Below are positions 29,682 to 39,343 of a DNA stretch of 64,000 bases, one piece after another; position 1 is the first letter of the stretch; each line of letters opens with the position of its first letter. The notes under the pieces were generated by a model that saw only the letters and a program-made list of their open reading frames with translations, ran no database searches and was not told where the DNA came from. Source of the stretch: an uncultured delta proteobacterium (GTDB lineage Bacteria; Desulfobacterota; Syntrophia; Syntrophales; UBA5619). The stretch lies in NCBI GenBank assembly GCA_963817385.1, contig CAWFOM010000001.1, forward strand, positions 96,001 to 160,000, written 5' to 3'. A program made the position numbers and the translations under genes.

Positions 29682-30065
29682 ATGAAGCCGGACAATGCGA
29701 AGAAGCGATTAGGGTACGGCATTGCTGCCGGCTTGCTAGCTGGAATACTCGTTATGCTGTATTGCATCGATCCGGCAAGAGCTGTAATCTTCCCACAGTG
29801 TCCCTTTCATTTACTGACCAGCCAGTATTGTCCGGGCTGTGGATCGCTTCGGGCGATTCATAGTCTATTGCACGGACAACTGGCGGCTGCTCTCTCGCTG
29901 AACCCACTCACGGTTGTTTCGATTCCCCTTTTGGGAATTATGTTCTTAAACCCATCATCATGGGTCTACAAACGATGGGTGCCATGTGCAGCTCTTGGAG
30001 TACTCATCTGTTATGGAGTTGCCAGAAACATTCCTATATGGCCGTTTGTTCTTCTGGCCCCTTAA
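29682..30065 (+). CDS. DUF2752 family membrane protein
   Basis: CPFHLLTSQYCPGCGSLRA..LLHG...A..LNP. Confidence 0.9.
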   Translation: MKPDNAKKRLGYGIAAGLLAGILVMLYCIDPARAVIFPQCPFHLLTSQYCPGCGSLRAIHSLLHGQLAAALSLNPLTVVSIPLLGIMFLNPSSWVYKRWVPCAALGVLICYGVARNIPIWPFVLLAP

Positions 30066-30255
30066 TGGGAAATTGCCCACAATCGCATCGAACACTAAAT
30101 TGGTTCTGCTGGCGTTCCGCCGGCGAGGAACATGAGTGACATTCTCCTGACTTTCAAGTGATAATCTTCACCCGTCAGTGTATGATAATTCTGAGGAATT
30201 GTAGGTGCAAGCAGCGACCGACATATTGCCTCATTTCACCGGTCACTTCTGCACA

Positions 30256-30697
30256 GTCGAGTGGCGCGAGGGAATCTCACCCTTGCGCTCTCCGAGAACT
30301 GGACGTGACAGTCTCCCGTCAGCCAGCTCCTATTGTCCAGCCTTGACCTGAGAGGGCCTCCAGTGGGCAAAAAGTAACGGCTGCCGACGCATTATGCTCT
30401 GCAACCAATGCCAAGCTGGATGATGATGTCCCCTCAATCTCTCGTATTTCCGGGTTGCCCATCGAACAAGAATATTGTTCAGATGCTCTGACATCGTCCC
30501 TGTTGTTTCGACACCTCATCAGTAGTTCGCTTGCGCTCGCCTCCCCGAACCTTACCTGACAGGGTCGTGCCCTGCCTTTTCCTTAACGCTCACCACGATG
30601 GCTCTTTACCATCGCAGCTTAAGGTGGTTTGAAGCCAGCTCCTGCAAGCCGGCTCCGAGAGACCTCCCCTCATCTCTTGTGCAGCCTCGTGGCACAC
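30256..30697 (-). mobile_element. Internally deleted group II intron (class D / RmInt1-like), 442 nt
   Basis: 5' GTGTG at 30697; domain I-like GGTAAAGAGCC..GGTGAGCG; maturase tail LVRWATRKYERLRG...LFAHW; domain V GAGCTGG.TGACGGGAGACTGTCACGTCCAGTTC; 3' end ACTCGAC. Confidence 0.88.
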
Positions 30698-30917
30698 ATG
30701 CGGGTTGAAATCTTCTACACAAACGTTTCCCCCTCCAAAAACACGACTACAAGCGGTAATCAATGATGAAAAATAAACAATTTCCCCTTGACTTTCCGTT
30801 CGCATAAGGGTTTTATTTACAGCGTTTCTCTTATTAGCTCTGTAAACCCATCAACCTAACTTTCAGCCTTCTGGTGAGTAAGATGAGAAGGTGGGGTTAC
30901 AAAAAGCAGATCATGCG

Positions 30918-30958
30918 AAGCCTCTAAGGGAGTCTGGGGACTCTCTTGGAGGCTTTTT
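30918..30958 (+). terminator. Intrinsic terminator upstream of the large surface-protein gene
   Basis: 17-bp stem AAGCCTCTAAGGGAGTC/GACTCTCTTGGAGGCTT followed by T-run. Confidence 0.75.
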
Positions 30959-31116
30959 ATTTGTCTCTTTATCTCCCGATTAACGCATGGTTGTCAAATA
31001 TCAGGCGTGTGTCAGGTCCATTCGGGGAGATCGAAACTATTCGCTCACAAGAGTGCGGTAAGCACTAAATCACGATTCTACATGGTGACCCAATCAAGGC
31101 TGCCAAGGAGGACAAT

Positions 31117-33975
31117 ATGAAACGAGCGTTATCAAGCAGAATCGGATTCCTGGCGATCGTCGCCGTAGTTGCAGTCATGATCATGCCTACACAGGTATTC
31201 AGCAGCCCCTATTTATCACTCATCAGCGGCGACTCAAGGGAAGTTGCCAAGTTTGACCCTCCAAATCCGCCTTTTACCTACGATCCTGATAACCCGGATA
31301 TTTCGTCGGAAGGTCTGATCGCCTTCATTATGTCTGAGCTGGGTATAAATATGATGGGGAGTATTTACGGGCCCGGAGTGACTTCGTGGAAGAATGGCGC
31401 TGAATTGTTTGATAACGCCGTGGTCGCCAACGCGAGTGCCGTAGGCACCGTCGCCAAGGTGACTTTCCTGGAAGTAAATGATACCCAATATGTTAAAGAC
31501 ACTTGGTTGTGGTCGGGCATTTATGAACTGAAAGGCAATGCGGGGGAATCGGCCAATGTCATCCTCGACTATACCCACGGATACACCTATAATAATGTGG
31601 CTCTCCTTGGAAGGTCTAAATCCTATGTGGGCGCCGATTTTCATTCCTGGATCATTCCTGCCGATAAAACAGGGGGATACAGCAATAACGCCGCCGACAA
31701 TTGGGGTTATGGCAGCGGTCCATACCCGATCGACGCATCCTCCTGGGGTGACGATTACGTGCATGAGTTTAGTAAAGAGTATGAGGTGGTTGGTGGTTTC
31801 AATAACAAAAACCTTGTAAAGAAAGGATCCCTGAATTTAGGCAATATGAAAGTCGGCGATCGACTTTACCTCCGGGGAACTCTTAGTGCCTTCACGGAAT
31901 GTGAATTGTATACTATAGCAGGGCTTGAAATGGCCACCATGTTTACAGACTTCACCGGTGACTTTGGAGTAGAAGAGACCTTCGCGGGTCCCGCTGCCCT
32001 CTACTTTCCCCATATAGCGACCAGCATTCCCTGGCAAACGGAGATCGCCATCATCAATAGCAGCGTTCAAACAGTCACGGGAACACTGAAGGCATTGAGC
32101 GATGAAGGCCAGCTCGTAGATTTCAAGCCAGTTACACTTCCCGCCAATGGCCGGAGACAGATCATTGTTTCGGATGAGTTTACGAACCACACCGAGATCG
32201 CCTACATCATCTTTGACTCAAACTCTTACTCAGTTCAGGGTTACACGAAGATTTACAGAGATGGTTCTTATAGAGTGGCCATCCCAGCGATAAGGGAAGT
32301 GAACACTGGGGATATATATATCCCCCACATAGCATCAAACGCTCAATGGTGGACTGGGATAAGCCTGGTGAACACAACCGCGACGGCGAAAACGTTGACC
32401 ATAACCTTTAGTAATGGCCAACCGAGAGAGGTTCCACTTGCCGCTTACGGGCACCGGGCATTCTCCATCAGGGATCTGTTCAACGGCCAACCTCAACCGG
32501 GCATCCAATCGGCGGTGATCACAAACGCAAGCGGTGTCATCGGACTGGAGTTGTATGGCAGTGTTGGATGGGGTACACAGCTGGATGGGATCCCCCTGAC
32601 CGGCAAAACCGCTTCGACCATATACTACCCCCATGTGGCCGGTGGTGAGTGGTGGACCGGTATCGTTGCCTATAATCCATCCGCATCGGCCTCTACGCTG
32701 ACGATCAGTCCCTACAGTGCCCTGGGGACTCCCCTCTCCACCTCGAACTTTACCATACCAGCGATGGGGAAATATGTCGATACGGTTGCGGCACTCGGCC
32801 TTCCGGTAGAGACGGCGTGGTTCAAGATAGACTCTACGCAACCACTGTCCGGCTTTGAACTTTTCGGCACCGTCAACGGCGAACAGCTTGCACCCTATGC
32901 AGGAGGGGGCGGGATCGGTGAGAAGAAAGGTGTCCTTGCCAAGATTGAGAAGCTTGGTTGGACCGGGATCGCCTTTGTCAACACGGAAGCCACTGTGGCG
33001 ACTGTTAATCTGACAGCGTATAATGATGCCGGAACTGTGGTGGCTACGAGCGTGCTTCCCATCGGTGGCCATGCCAAAGTGGTCGATCTCGCGAAGTCTC
33101 TTTTCCTCCCTCAGGATATCAGCAGCGCCACCTATATTGCCTACTCAACGGGCAGGAATGTTGTAGGATTTCAGCTCAACGGCACCTCAGATGGCACGAT
33201 GCTCGATGGTCTGCCGGCGCTTGCCGGCAGTTTACCGGTCTTAATGGTCAAGAACTCATTCAACTCCGACCCGGAGGGGTGGTCGTCGTATGGAACAGGC
33301 GGTTTCAACTGGAAGGACGAGAACAGCCAATACTCGGCGTATCCTTTTGGCGCCCATCTCGAGGCCATAGACGGATCGGCAAGCCCTTGGTACTTTAGGG
33401 GGAGCGAAACAAGTAACAGCGGCGACATGAGTCAGTTCTATGGGGGGAAGCTTACCTACCGATTCAGATGGAAAGCCGATGCGGTGAGTGAATGCAAGCT
33501 TCGAGGGAAGCATGCCTACTACTACCAAGACTTGTGGAAGCCTGACGTGGAAATATTGGGACGCAATGGAATCCACCTTGGATATTTTTTCCAACAACCG
33601 CCGGATACTTACCAAAACGGTCTTCTCTACTACAACGGCTGGTTTGAATATTCTGTTCCGATCAAGGAGCAATTTGGCAGTGAAGGGGAGTACAAATATG
33701 GCTGGATAAAATACTGTGAAGGTCGTCCAAATTGTTACAGAGCGGCCACGAGAGACGAGATTTTAAATGTATTGAAGAATGTCGCTAGCCTTTCCATCAG
33801 AGGAGAATACTGCCTTGGATCTCATGATAGAGGAATGCTTGACGAGGTGATACTGAAGGCTGCGGACACTGACGAGGATGGTGTTTTCGATGTTATAGAC
33901 AATTGTCCGAATATTCCAAACGCTGGTCAACAAGACAGCGACGGGGACGGCATCGGAGATGTGTGTGATACCTGA
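31117..33975 (+). CDS. Large secreted/surface protein: signal peptide, (L/I)Y(F/I/Y)PH(I/V)A..W.T.I repeats, laminin-B-like domain, thrombospondin type 3 repeat
   Basis: Repeats LYFPHIA/IYIPHIA/IYYPHVA; GDMSQFYGGKLTY...VLKNVASLSIRGEY; DTDEDGVFDVIDNCP...QQDSDGDGIGDVCD. Confidence 0.82.
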   Translation: MKRALSSRIGFLAIVAVVAVMIMPTQVFSSPYLSLISGDSREVAKFDPPNPPFTYDPDNPDISSEGLIAFIMSELGINMMGSIYGPGVTSWKNGAELFDNAVVANASAVGTVAKVTFLEVNDTQYVKDTWLWSGIYELKGNAGESANVILDYTHGYTYNNVALLGRSKSYVGADFHSWIIPADKTGGYSNNAADNWGYGSGPYPIDASSWGDDYVHEFSKEYEVVGGFNNKNLVKKGSLNLGNMKVGDRLYLRGTLSAFTECELYTIAGLEMATMFTDFTGDFGVEETFAGPAALYFPHIATSIPWQTEIAIINSSVQTVTGTLKALSDEGQLVDFKPVTLPANGRRQIIVSDEFTNHTEIAYIIFDSNSYSVQGYTKIYRDGSYRVAIPAIREVNTGDIYIPHIASNAQWWTGISLVNTTATAKTLTITFSNGQPREVPLAAYGHRAFSIRDLFNGQPQPGIQSAVITNASGVIGLELYGSVGWGTQLDGIPLTGKTASTIYYPHVAGGEWWTGIVAYNPSASASTLTISPYSALGTPLSTSNFTIPAMGKYVDTVAALGLPVETAWFKIDSTQPLSGFELFGTVNGEQLAPYAGGGGIGEKKGVLAKIEKLGWTGIAFVNTEATVATVNLTAYNDAGTVVATSVLPIGGHAKVVDLAKSLFLPQDISSATYIAYSTGRNVVGFQLNGTSDGTMLDGLPALAGSLPVLMVKNSFNSDPEGWSSYGTGGFNWKDENSQYSAYPFGAHLEAIDGSASPWYFRGSETSNSGDMSQFYGGKLTYRFRWKADAVSECKLRGKHAYYYQDLWKPDVEILGRNGIHLGYFFQQPPDTYQNGLLYYNGWFEYSVPIKEQFGSEGEYKYGWIKYCEGRPNCYRAATRDEILNVLKNVASLSIRGEYCLGSHDRGMLDEVILKAADTDEDGVFDVIDNCPNIPNAGQQDSDGDGIGDVCDT

Positions 33976-34201
33976 TCACCTCTCTGTCTTTGAAACGAAC
34001 TACCATTGTGCAACAGAAGAGCATATTTTTATCAAATGAACCGGGGGGGCTGGACCCTCCGGTTGTTAGACTAATCTCGATTAGAGGGGTATCTCGTCCG
34101 GCAGGAGGATAGGTCATGGAAACTCTCTGCGGTCATCATCACCACACCAGAGCAAAAGTAGGGTGTTTAGCGGGGTACTCACGCCCAACAATACAGGCAA
34201 T

Positions 34202-34258
34202 CGGGACTGCAGCGATCTGTACTACAGATTTGCCCGGGTGATATGTGCAGATTCCAAT
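34202..34258 (+). pseudogene. Short remnant of an IS91-type transposase zinc-binding domain
   Basis: Translates RDCSDLYYRFARVICADSN, resembling the DCGDL..GFARV.C.DC motif. Confidence 0.4.
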
Positions 34259-34409
34259 AAAGTAATTGATACCTGCGACTCCACGCTGCAATGACGACTC
34301 CCGGCAAGTCGTAACTTTTTCCCGTGAAGTTTTTTCTGTAAACTTTTTTCTTGACAACCGAAAGCGCCTGTGTTTTTATGAGCACCAATTTACAAAAGAG
34401 GTACCAAGC

Positions 34410-34508
34410 GTGGGCAGAAAAGAGATGGCAGCGAAAGGGTATTTCACCAACTGGTTTTGGTTTTATTACTTTTTTGCACCGGTCTGCCCGCTGCTTAGGA
34501 GGACGTAA
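34410..34508 (+). CDS. Aromatic amino acid attenuation leader peptide (MGRKEMAAKGYFTNWFWFYYFFAPVCPLLRRT)
   Basis: RBS AAGAGGT then GTG (alternative ATG 34425); eight consecutive aromatic codons; TTGACA at 34351; terminators follow. Confidence 0.85.
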   Translation: MGRKEMAAKGYFTNWFWFYYFFAPVCPLLRRT

Positions 34509-34533
34509 GGGAAACCTAACAACCTAATTAACT

Positions 34534-34575
34534 AAGCCATGGACAGACCTTCAAGACGCTGCCCATGGCTTTTTT
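34534..34575 (+). terminator. Attenuator terminator 1 (aro operon)
   Basis: AAGCCATGG...CCATGGCTTTTTT. Confidence 0.8.
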
Positions 34576-34583
34576 GTTTCTCC

Positions 34584-34625
34584 ATGGCCGTGGTGGCAGC
34601 GCCGAGATCACCACGGCCATTTTTT
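34584..34625 (+). terminator. Attenuator terminator 2 (aro operon)
   Basis: ATGGCCGTGGTG...CACCACGGCCATTTTTT. Confidence 0.8.
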
Positions 34626-34638
34626 ATTGAGGTGAACC

Positions 34639-35667
34639 ATGATTATCCTAATGAAAAAAAATGCAACACAGGAACAGATCGACCATGTTACCGAATGGAT
34701 CGAATCGGTGGGGTACAAACCCCACCCCTCTCAGGGTGTGGAGAGGACGCTCATCGGCGCCATCGGGGACGACCGCGGGAAAGCCCAGTTGAAATCGGCG
34801 GCCTTTCTCCCCGGCGTGGAAAAGGTGGTCCCGATCCTCAAGGCATACAAGCTCGCCGGCAGGGAGTTCCGGGACAAAGACACGGTCATCCAGGTCGGGG
34901 AGGTGCAAATCGGCGCGGGGGAATTCACCGTCATGGCCGGTCCCTGCTCCATCGAGAGCGAGGAGCAGCTGATGGAGTCCGGCTACGTCGTCAAAAAAGC
35001 GGGGGCAAAGATCCTCCGGGGCGGCGCCTTCAAGCCGCGGACATCGCCGTACAGCTTCCAGGGGATGGAGGAGGAGGGGCTGAAGCTCCTCAGGAAGGTC
35101 GGCGAAAAGGTCGGGCTGCCGGTGGTGACCGAGGTGATGAACACGACGGACGTCGACCTGGTCGAGGAGTACAGCGACATCCTCCAGATCGGCGCGCGCA
35201 ACGTCCAGAATTTCGCCCTTCTCAAGAAGGTCGGTCACTGCCGCAAACCGGTCCTCCTCAAGCGGGGGATGATGACGACGATCGAGGAGCTTCTCATGTC
35301 GGCGGAATACATCCTCTCCGAGGGAAATGAGCAGGTCATCCTGTGCGAACGGGGGATCCGCACCTTCGAGACGGCGACGCGCAACACCCTCGACATCAGC
35401 GCGGTGCCGGTGCTCAAGGAGCTGACCCATCTGCCGGTCATCATCGATCCCAGCCATGCGTGCGGCCACGCGAGATACGTCATCCCCCTCACCCGGGCGG
35501 CCGTGGCCGTGGGGGCGGACGGCGCCATCGTCGAGATGCATCCGGAACCGGAAAAGGCCTTCTCCGACGGCGCCCAGTCGCTCCGGCCGGAGGAGTTCTA
35601 CCGGCTCATGGACGAGGTGACAATCCTGACGGATACGATGCATAACGGCATCGGGAGGCTCAGATGA
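34639..35667 (+). CDS. aroF: DAHP synthase (type I-beta, N-terminal regulatory domain)
   Basis: AGPCSIE, RGGAFKPRTSPYSFQG, LLKRG, DPSH. Confidence 0.95.
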   Translation: MIILMKKNATQEQIDHVTEWIESVGYKPHPSQGVERTLIGAIGDDRGKAQLKSAAFLPGVEKVVPILKAYKLAGREFRDKDTVIQVGEVQIGAGEFTVMAGPCSIESEEQLMESGYVVKKAGAKILRGGAFKPRTSPYSFQGMEEEGLKLLRKVGEKVGLPVVTEVMNTTDVDLVEEYSDILQIGARNVQNFALLKKVGHCRKPVLLKRGMMTTIEELLMSAEYILSEGNEQVILCERGIRTFETATRNTLDISAVPVLKELTHLPVIIDPSHACGHARYVIPLTRAAVAVGADGAIVEMHPEPEKAFSDGAQSLRPEEFYRLMDEVTILTDTMHNGIGRLR

Positions 35668-36758
35668 ACAAGCTGAAGGTGAACCTCAATCGGAAGACAG
35701 ACAATTCCTACGAGATTTACATCGGCGAGAAGATCCTGGACCGCGTGGGGATGATCCTGGCGAGGAACAACTGGGCCGAGCGGTACATCATCGTCACGGA
35801 TACCCGAATCGACGCCCTCCACGGGGAGCGGGTGCAGCAAGCCCTGGAAAAGGCCGATCTGAAGGTCGAGAGGATCACGGTTCCCCCCGGCGAGGCCGCG
35901 AAGGAGATCGGGACCGTGCTCGCCATCGCCGGGAGGCTGACCGCCATCGGCGCAGACCGCTCCACCGCGCTAGTCGCCCTGGGCGGCGGCGTCATCGGCG
36001 ATATGACCGGTTTTGTCGCCTCGATCTACATGCGGGGGATCCCCGTCATCCAGATCCCGACAACGCTCCTCGCCCAGGTGGACAGCGGCATCGGAGGGAA
36101 AACGGGGGTGGACACCGACGCCGGCAAGAATCTCCTCGGGACATTCCACCAACCGAAGGGGGTCTTCATCGACCTCTCCTTCCTGGGCACGCTCCCCGAC
36201 GACCAGCTCACGAGCGGGCTCGCCGAGGTGGTCAAGTACGGGGTCATCGACTCCCCGGAGATCCTCGGGGATCTGGAGGCCGCCGTGGAGCGGGGCGGGC
36301 TCCGGGAAACGCCCTTTCTGGAAAAAATCGTTACGGCGGCATGCCGGATCAAGAAGGAGTTTGTGGAGCTCGACGAGCGGGATCGGGGGCTCCGGCGGGT
36401 CCTGAATTTCGGCCACACGGTCGGCCACGCCGTCGAAGCGGCGTCCGGCTACGCCCTCTCCCACGGCGAATCCGTGGCGATCGGCATGGTCGCGGCGGCG
36501 AGCCTCTCGGAGCAACTCCACCACCTGCCGGCGGATGACCGGCGGCGGATCGCGGCCCTCATCCGGGCTCTCGGGCTCCCCGACCGGATCCCCGCGAACC
36601 TTGATCCGGATGAGATCCGCTCCCGGATGAAACGGGACAAGAAAAAGAGAGGGGAGACCGTCCATTTTGTTCTGCTCAAGAAGCTGGGGGTCCCCATCGT
36701 GAACGGGGGGATACCGGAAAATATGTTGATAAAGACGCTGGAAGGATTGCACATATGA
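35664..36758 (+). CDS. aroB: 3-dehydroquinate synthase
   Basis: LGGGVIGD, PTTLLAQVDSGIGGK, LNFGHTVGHA. Confidence 0.96.
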   Translation: MNKLKVNLNRKTDNSYEIYIGEKILDRVGMILARNNWAERYIIVTDTRIDALHGERVQQALEKADLKVERITVPPGEAAKEIGTVLAIAGRLTAIGADRSTALVALGGGVIGDMTGFVASIYMRGIPVIQIPTTLLAQVDSGIGGKTGVDTDAGKNLLGTFHQPKGVFIDLSFLGTLPDDQLTSGLAEVVKYGVIDSPEILGDLEAAVERGGLRETPFLEKIVTAACRIKKEFVELDERDRGLRRVLNFGHTVGHAVEAASGYALSHGESVAIGMVAAASLSEQLHHLPADDRRRIAALIRALGLPDRIPANLDPDEIRSRMKRDKKKRGETVHFVLLKKLGVPIVNGGIPENMLIKTLEGLHI

Positions 36759-37849
36759 GTGAGGAAATCATGCAGGAACTCAGGGAGAAGATCGAGCGAA
36801 CGGACCGGGAGATCGTCCGCCTCTTGAACGAACGGGCGGCCGTCTCGGTCGAGATCGGAAAGACCAAACGCGCCGCCGGACGGGAAGTCTATGACCCCGC
36901 CCGGGAATCCATGGTCTACCGGCATCTGGAGGAGTTCAACGACGGCATCCTTTCGGAGGCGGCCCTTCGGGGGGTCTTCCGGGAGATCCTCTCCGCCTCC
37001 CGCTTCCTCCAGACGCCGACCACCGTGGCCTTCCTGGGACCGGAGGCCTCCTTCACCCACCAGGCCGCCCTGGCCCACTTCGGCGGGGGGATCGCCGCCG
37101 TACCCACGGCCACGATCCCGGAGGTCTTCGACGAGGTTGAACGGGGGAAAGAGCAGTGGGGGATCGTTCCCGTCGAAAACTCCGCCGAGGGTTCGGTCAA
37201 GACCACGCTGGACCGCCTGATCTCGACGCCGCTGACCATCCGGGCGGAGGTCTACCTCCGGGTCCGGCACTGTCTCCTCTCCAAGTGCGATGATCCGGAC
37301 GCGATCCGGAAGGTCTACTCCCATCCCCAGGCCCTCGCCCAGTGCCAGGTGTGGCTCAGGACCCATCTGCCCGGCGTCCCCCTCGTCGAGGTGGAAAGCA
37401 CGGCGGGTGCGGCCCGCCGGGTCCGGGAAGACAACCGGGCGGCCGCCGTCGCGAGCGTTCTGGCCGCCGACACCTACGGCCTCAACATCCTCGCGGAGGG
37501 GATCGAGGACAACCCCGCCAACACGACCCGCTTTCTCGTCATCGGGACGCGCGCGGGGGAAAAGGGCGGGGGGGTCACCGGCCGGGACAAGACCTCCATC
37601 CTCTTCGGAACCCCCCATGTCCCGGGCGCCCTCCAGCGGGCGCTGGCCCCCTTCGCCGAGGCGGGGCTCAACCTGCTTCGGATAGAGTCCTTCCCGATGC
37701 GGGACCGGATGTGGGAATACCTCTTCTTTGCCGATTTCGCGGGACACGCCGCCGAGGAAAAGGCCGAGGAATGCCTCGCGGAGTTGAGAAACAGAACCGC
37801 CTTCCTCAAGGTCCTGGGGTCCTATCCCCGGGGCGAGGAGCTGCCGTGA
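36755..37849 (+). CDS. pheA: Chorismate mutase / prephenate dehydratase
   Basis: CM domain; FLGPEASF, PVENS, SHPQALAQC, NTTRF; ACT domain. Confidence 0.95.
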   Translation: MSEEIMQELREKIERTDREIVRLLNERAAVSVEIGKTKRAAGREVYDPARESMVYRHLEEFNDGILSEAALRGVFREILSASRFLQTPTTVAFLGPEASFTHQAALAHFGGGIAAVPTATIPEVFDEVERGKEQWGIVPVENSAEGSVKTTLDRLISTPLTIRAEVYLRVRHCLLSKCDDPDAIRKVYSHPQALAQCQVWLRTHLPGVPLVEVESTAGAARRVREDNRAAAVASVLAADTYGLNILAEGIEDNPANTTRFLVIGTRAGEKGGGVTGRDKTSILFGTPHVPGALQRALAPFAEAGLNLLRIESFPMRDRMWEYLFFADFAGHAAEEKAEECLAELRNRTAFLKVLGSYPRGEELP

Positions 37850-38536
37850 TCTGCATCCCCATCGCCGCCGCACGGACCGCGGAGGCCATCGAGAAGATGG
37901 AGCGCGCCGCGCCTCTCGCCGATCTCGTCGAGCTCAGGATCGACCGGATGCCGGACGCCGACCTGGAGCGGCTCCTCGCCGCCCGGCGCACCCCGGTGAT
38001 CGTCACGAACCGAAGCCGTGAGGAGGGCGGAGGATTCGCCGGGACGGAAGAGGAACGGGTGGCGCTCCTCACGGAGGCGGTGCGCCTGGGCGCCGATTAT
38101 GTGGATATCGAAGCGGCCACCGATCCCGCCCTGAAGGCAAAGCTCATCGCCGCGCTCGCCGGCGGCACGACGCGGCTGATCGTCTCCTGGCACGACTTCT
38201 CCGGAACGCCTCCCGCGGAATTCCTGAAGACGAAGCTGGCGGCGTGCATGGCGGACGCGCCCCGCAATCGTCAAGATCGTCACCCACGCCGGCACGGCGG
38301 CCGATTGCCTCCGGCTGCTGGAGCTCATCCCGGAGGCCCTCCGGCGGGGCCAGGCGATCGCCGCCTTCTGCATGGGGAAAAGGGGAAAGATCAGCCGGAT
38401 CATGGCGCCGCTTCTGGGCTCCGTCATCAGCTACGCCTCCCTCGATCCGGAAGAAGCGTCGGCGCCGGGCCAGCTGACGATCCATGAAATGCAGACGATC
38501 AACCGGATCATGGGGAGAGGGGCGCGCGATGAATAA
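37846..38536 (+). CDS. aroD: Type I 3-dehydroquinate dehydratase; frameshift near 38262
   Basis: VELRID, VTNR..EEGG, VSWHDFSGTP, then IVKIV...FCMG...SAPGQL in shifted frame. Confidence 0.88.
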
Positions 38537-39343
38537 GCCCGCAGCCTTCGCCCTCTTCGGCAACCCCGTCGCACAGAGCCTCTCGCCGCTCATGCACGAC
38601 CGCGGCCTTCGCGCGGATGGGGATCGCCGCCGCCTACACCGCTTACCGGGCGGATGACGCGGCCGAGGTCGTCCGGCAGATCCGGGAGGGCGGCATCCGG
38701 GGGGCGAGCATCACCATCCCCTTCAAGGAGACGGTCATGACGCTCCTCGACGAAGTGGATACGGACGCGGGCGTGATCGGGGCGGTAAACACGATCGTCA
38801 ACCGCAGCGGCAGGCTCACGGGATACAACACCGACGCCTCCGGGCTGATCCGCGACCTCGAGGAATGGATCGCGATCCGGGGAACAACCTTCGTCGTCCT
38901 CGGCGCCGGCGGGGCGGCCCGGGCGGCCGTCTTCGCGCTTCGTGCGGCGGGGGGGACACCCATCATCGTCAACCGGACCGCGGAGCGGTCCCGGACGCTG
39001 GCCGAACGTTTCGGCTGCCGCTGGGAGCCCGCCCGGGAGATCGGCGGACTTGCAGGCGGACTGCCTGATCAACACGACGCCGCTGGGGATGTTTCCGGAA
39101 ACGGAGCGGACGCCCATCGAAGAAAAATTTCTCGCGCATTTCCCGCGGGTGATGGACATGATCTACAACCCCATGAAGACGCGGCTCCTCCGGGAGGCCG
39201 AAGGGGCGGGGTGCGCGGTCCGCTCCGGCGTCGGGATGTTCGTCCACCAGGGGGCCGAGCAGATCCGCCTCTGGACGGGGATGGAGCCGCCGCGGGAGGA
39301 GATGCGACGAGTGGTCCTGGAAAGATTGGGGAAACATGATTGA
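38529..39343 (+). CDS. aroE: Shikimate dehydrogenase; frameshifts near 38600 and 39055
   Basis: GNPVAQSLSPLMH, ITIPFK, GYNTD, LGAGGAA, INTTPLGM, DMIYNP across three frames. Confidence 0.9.
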
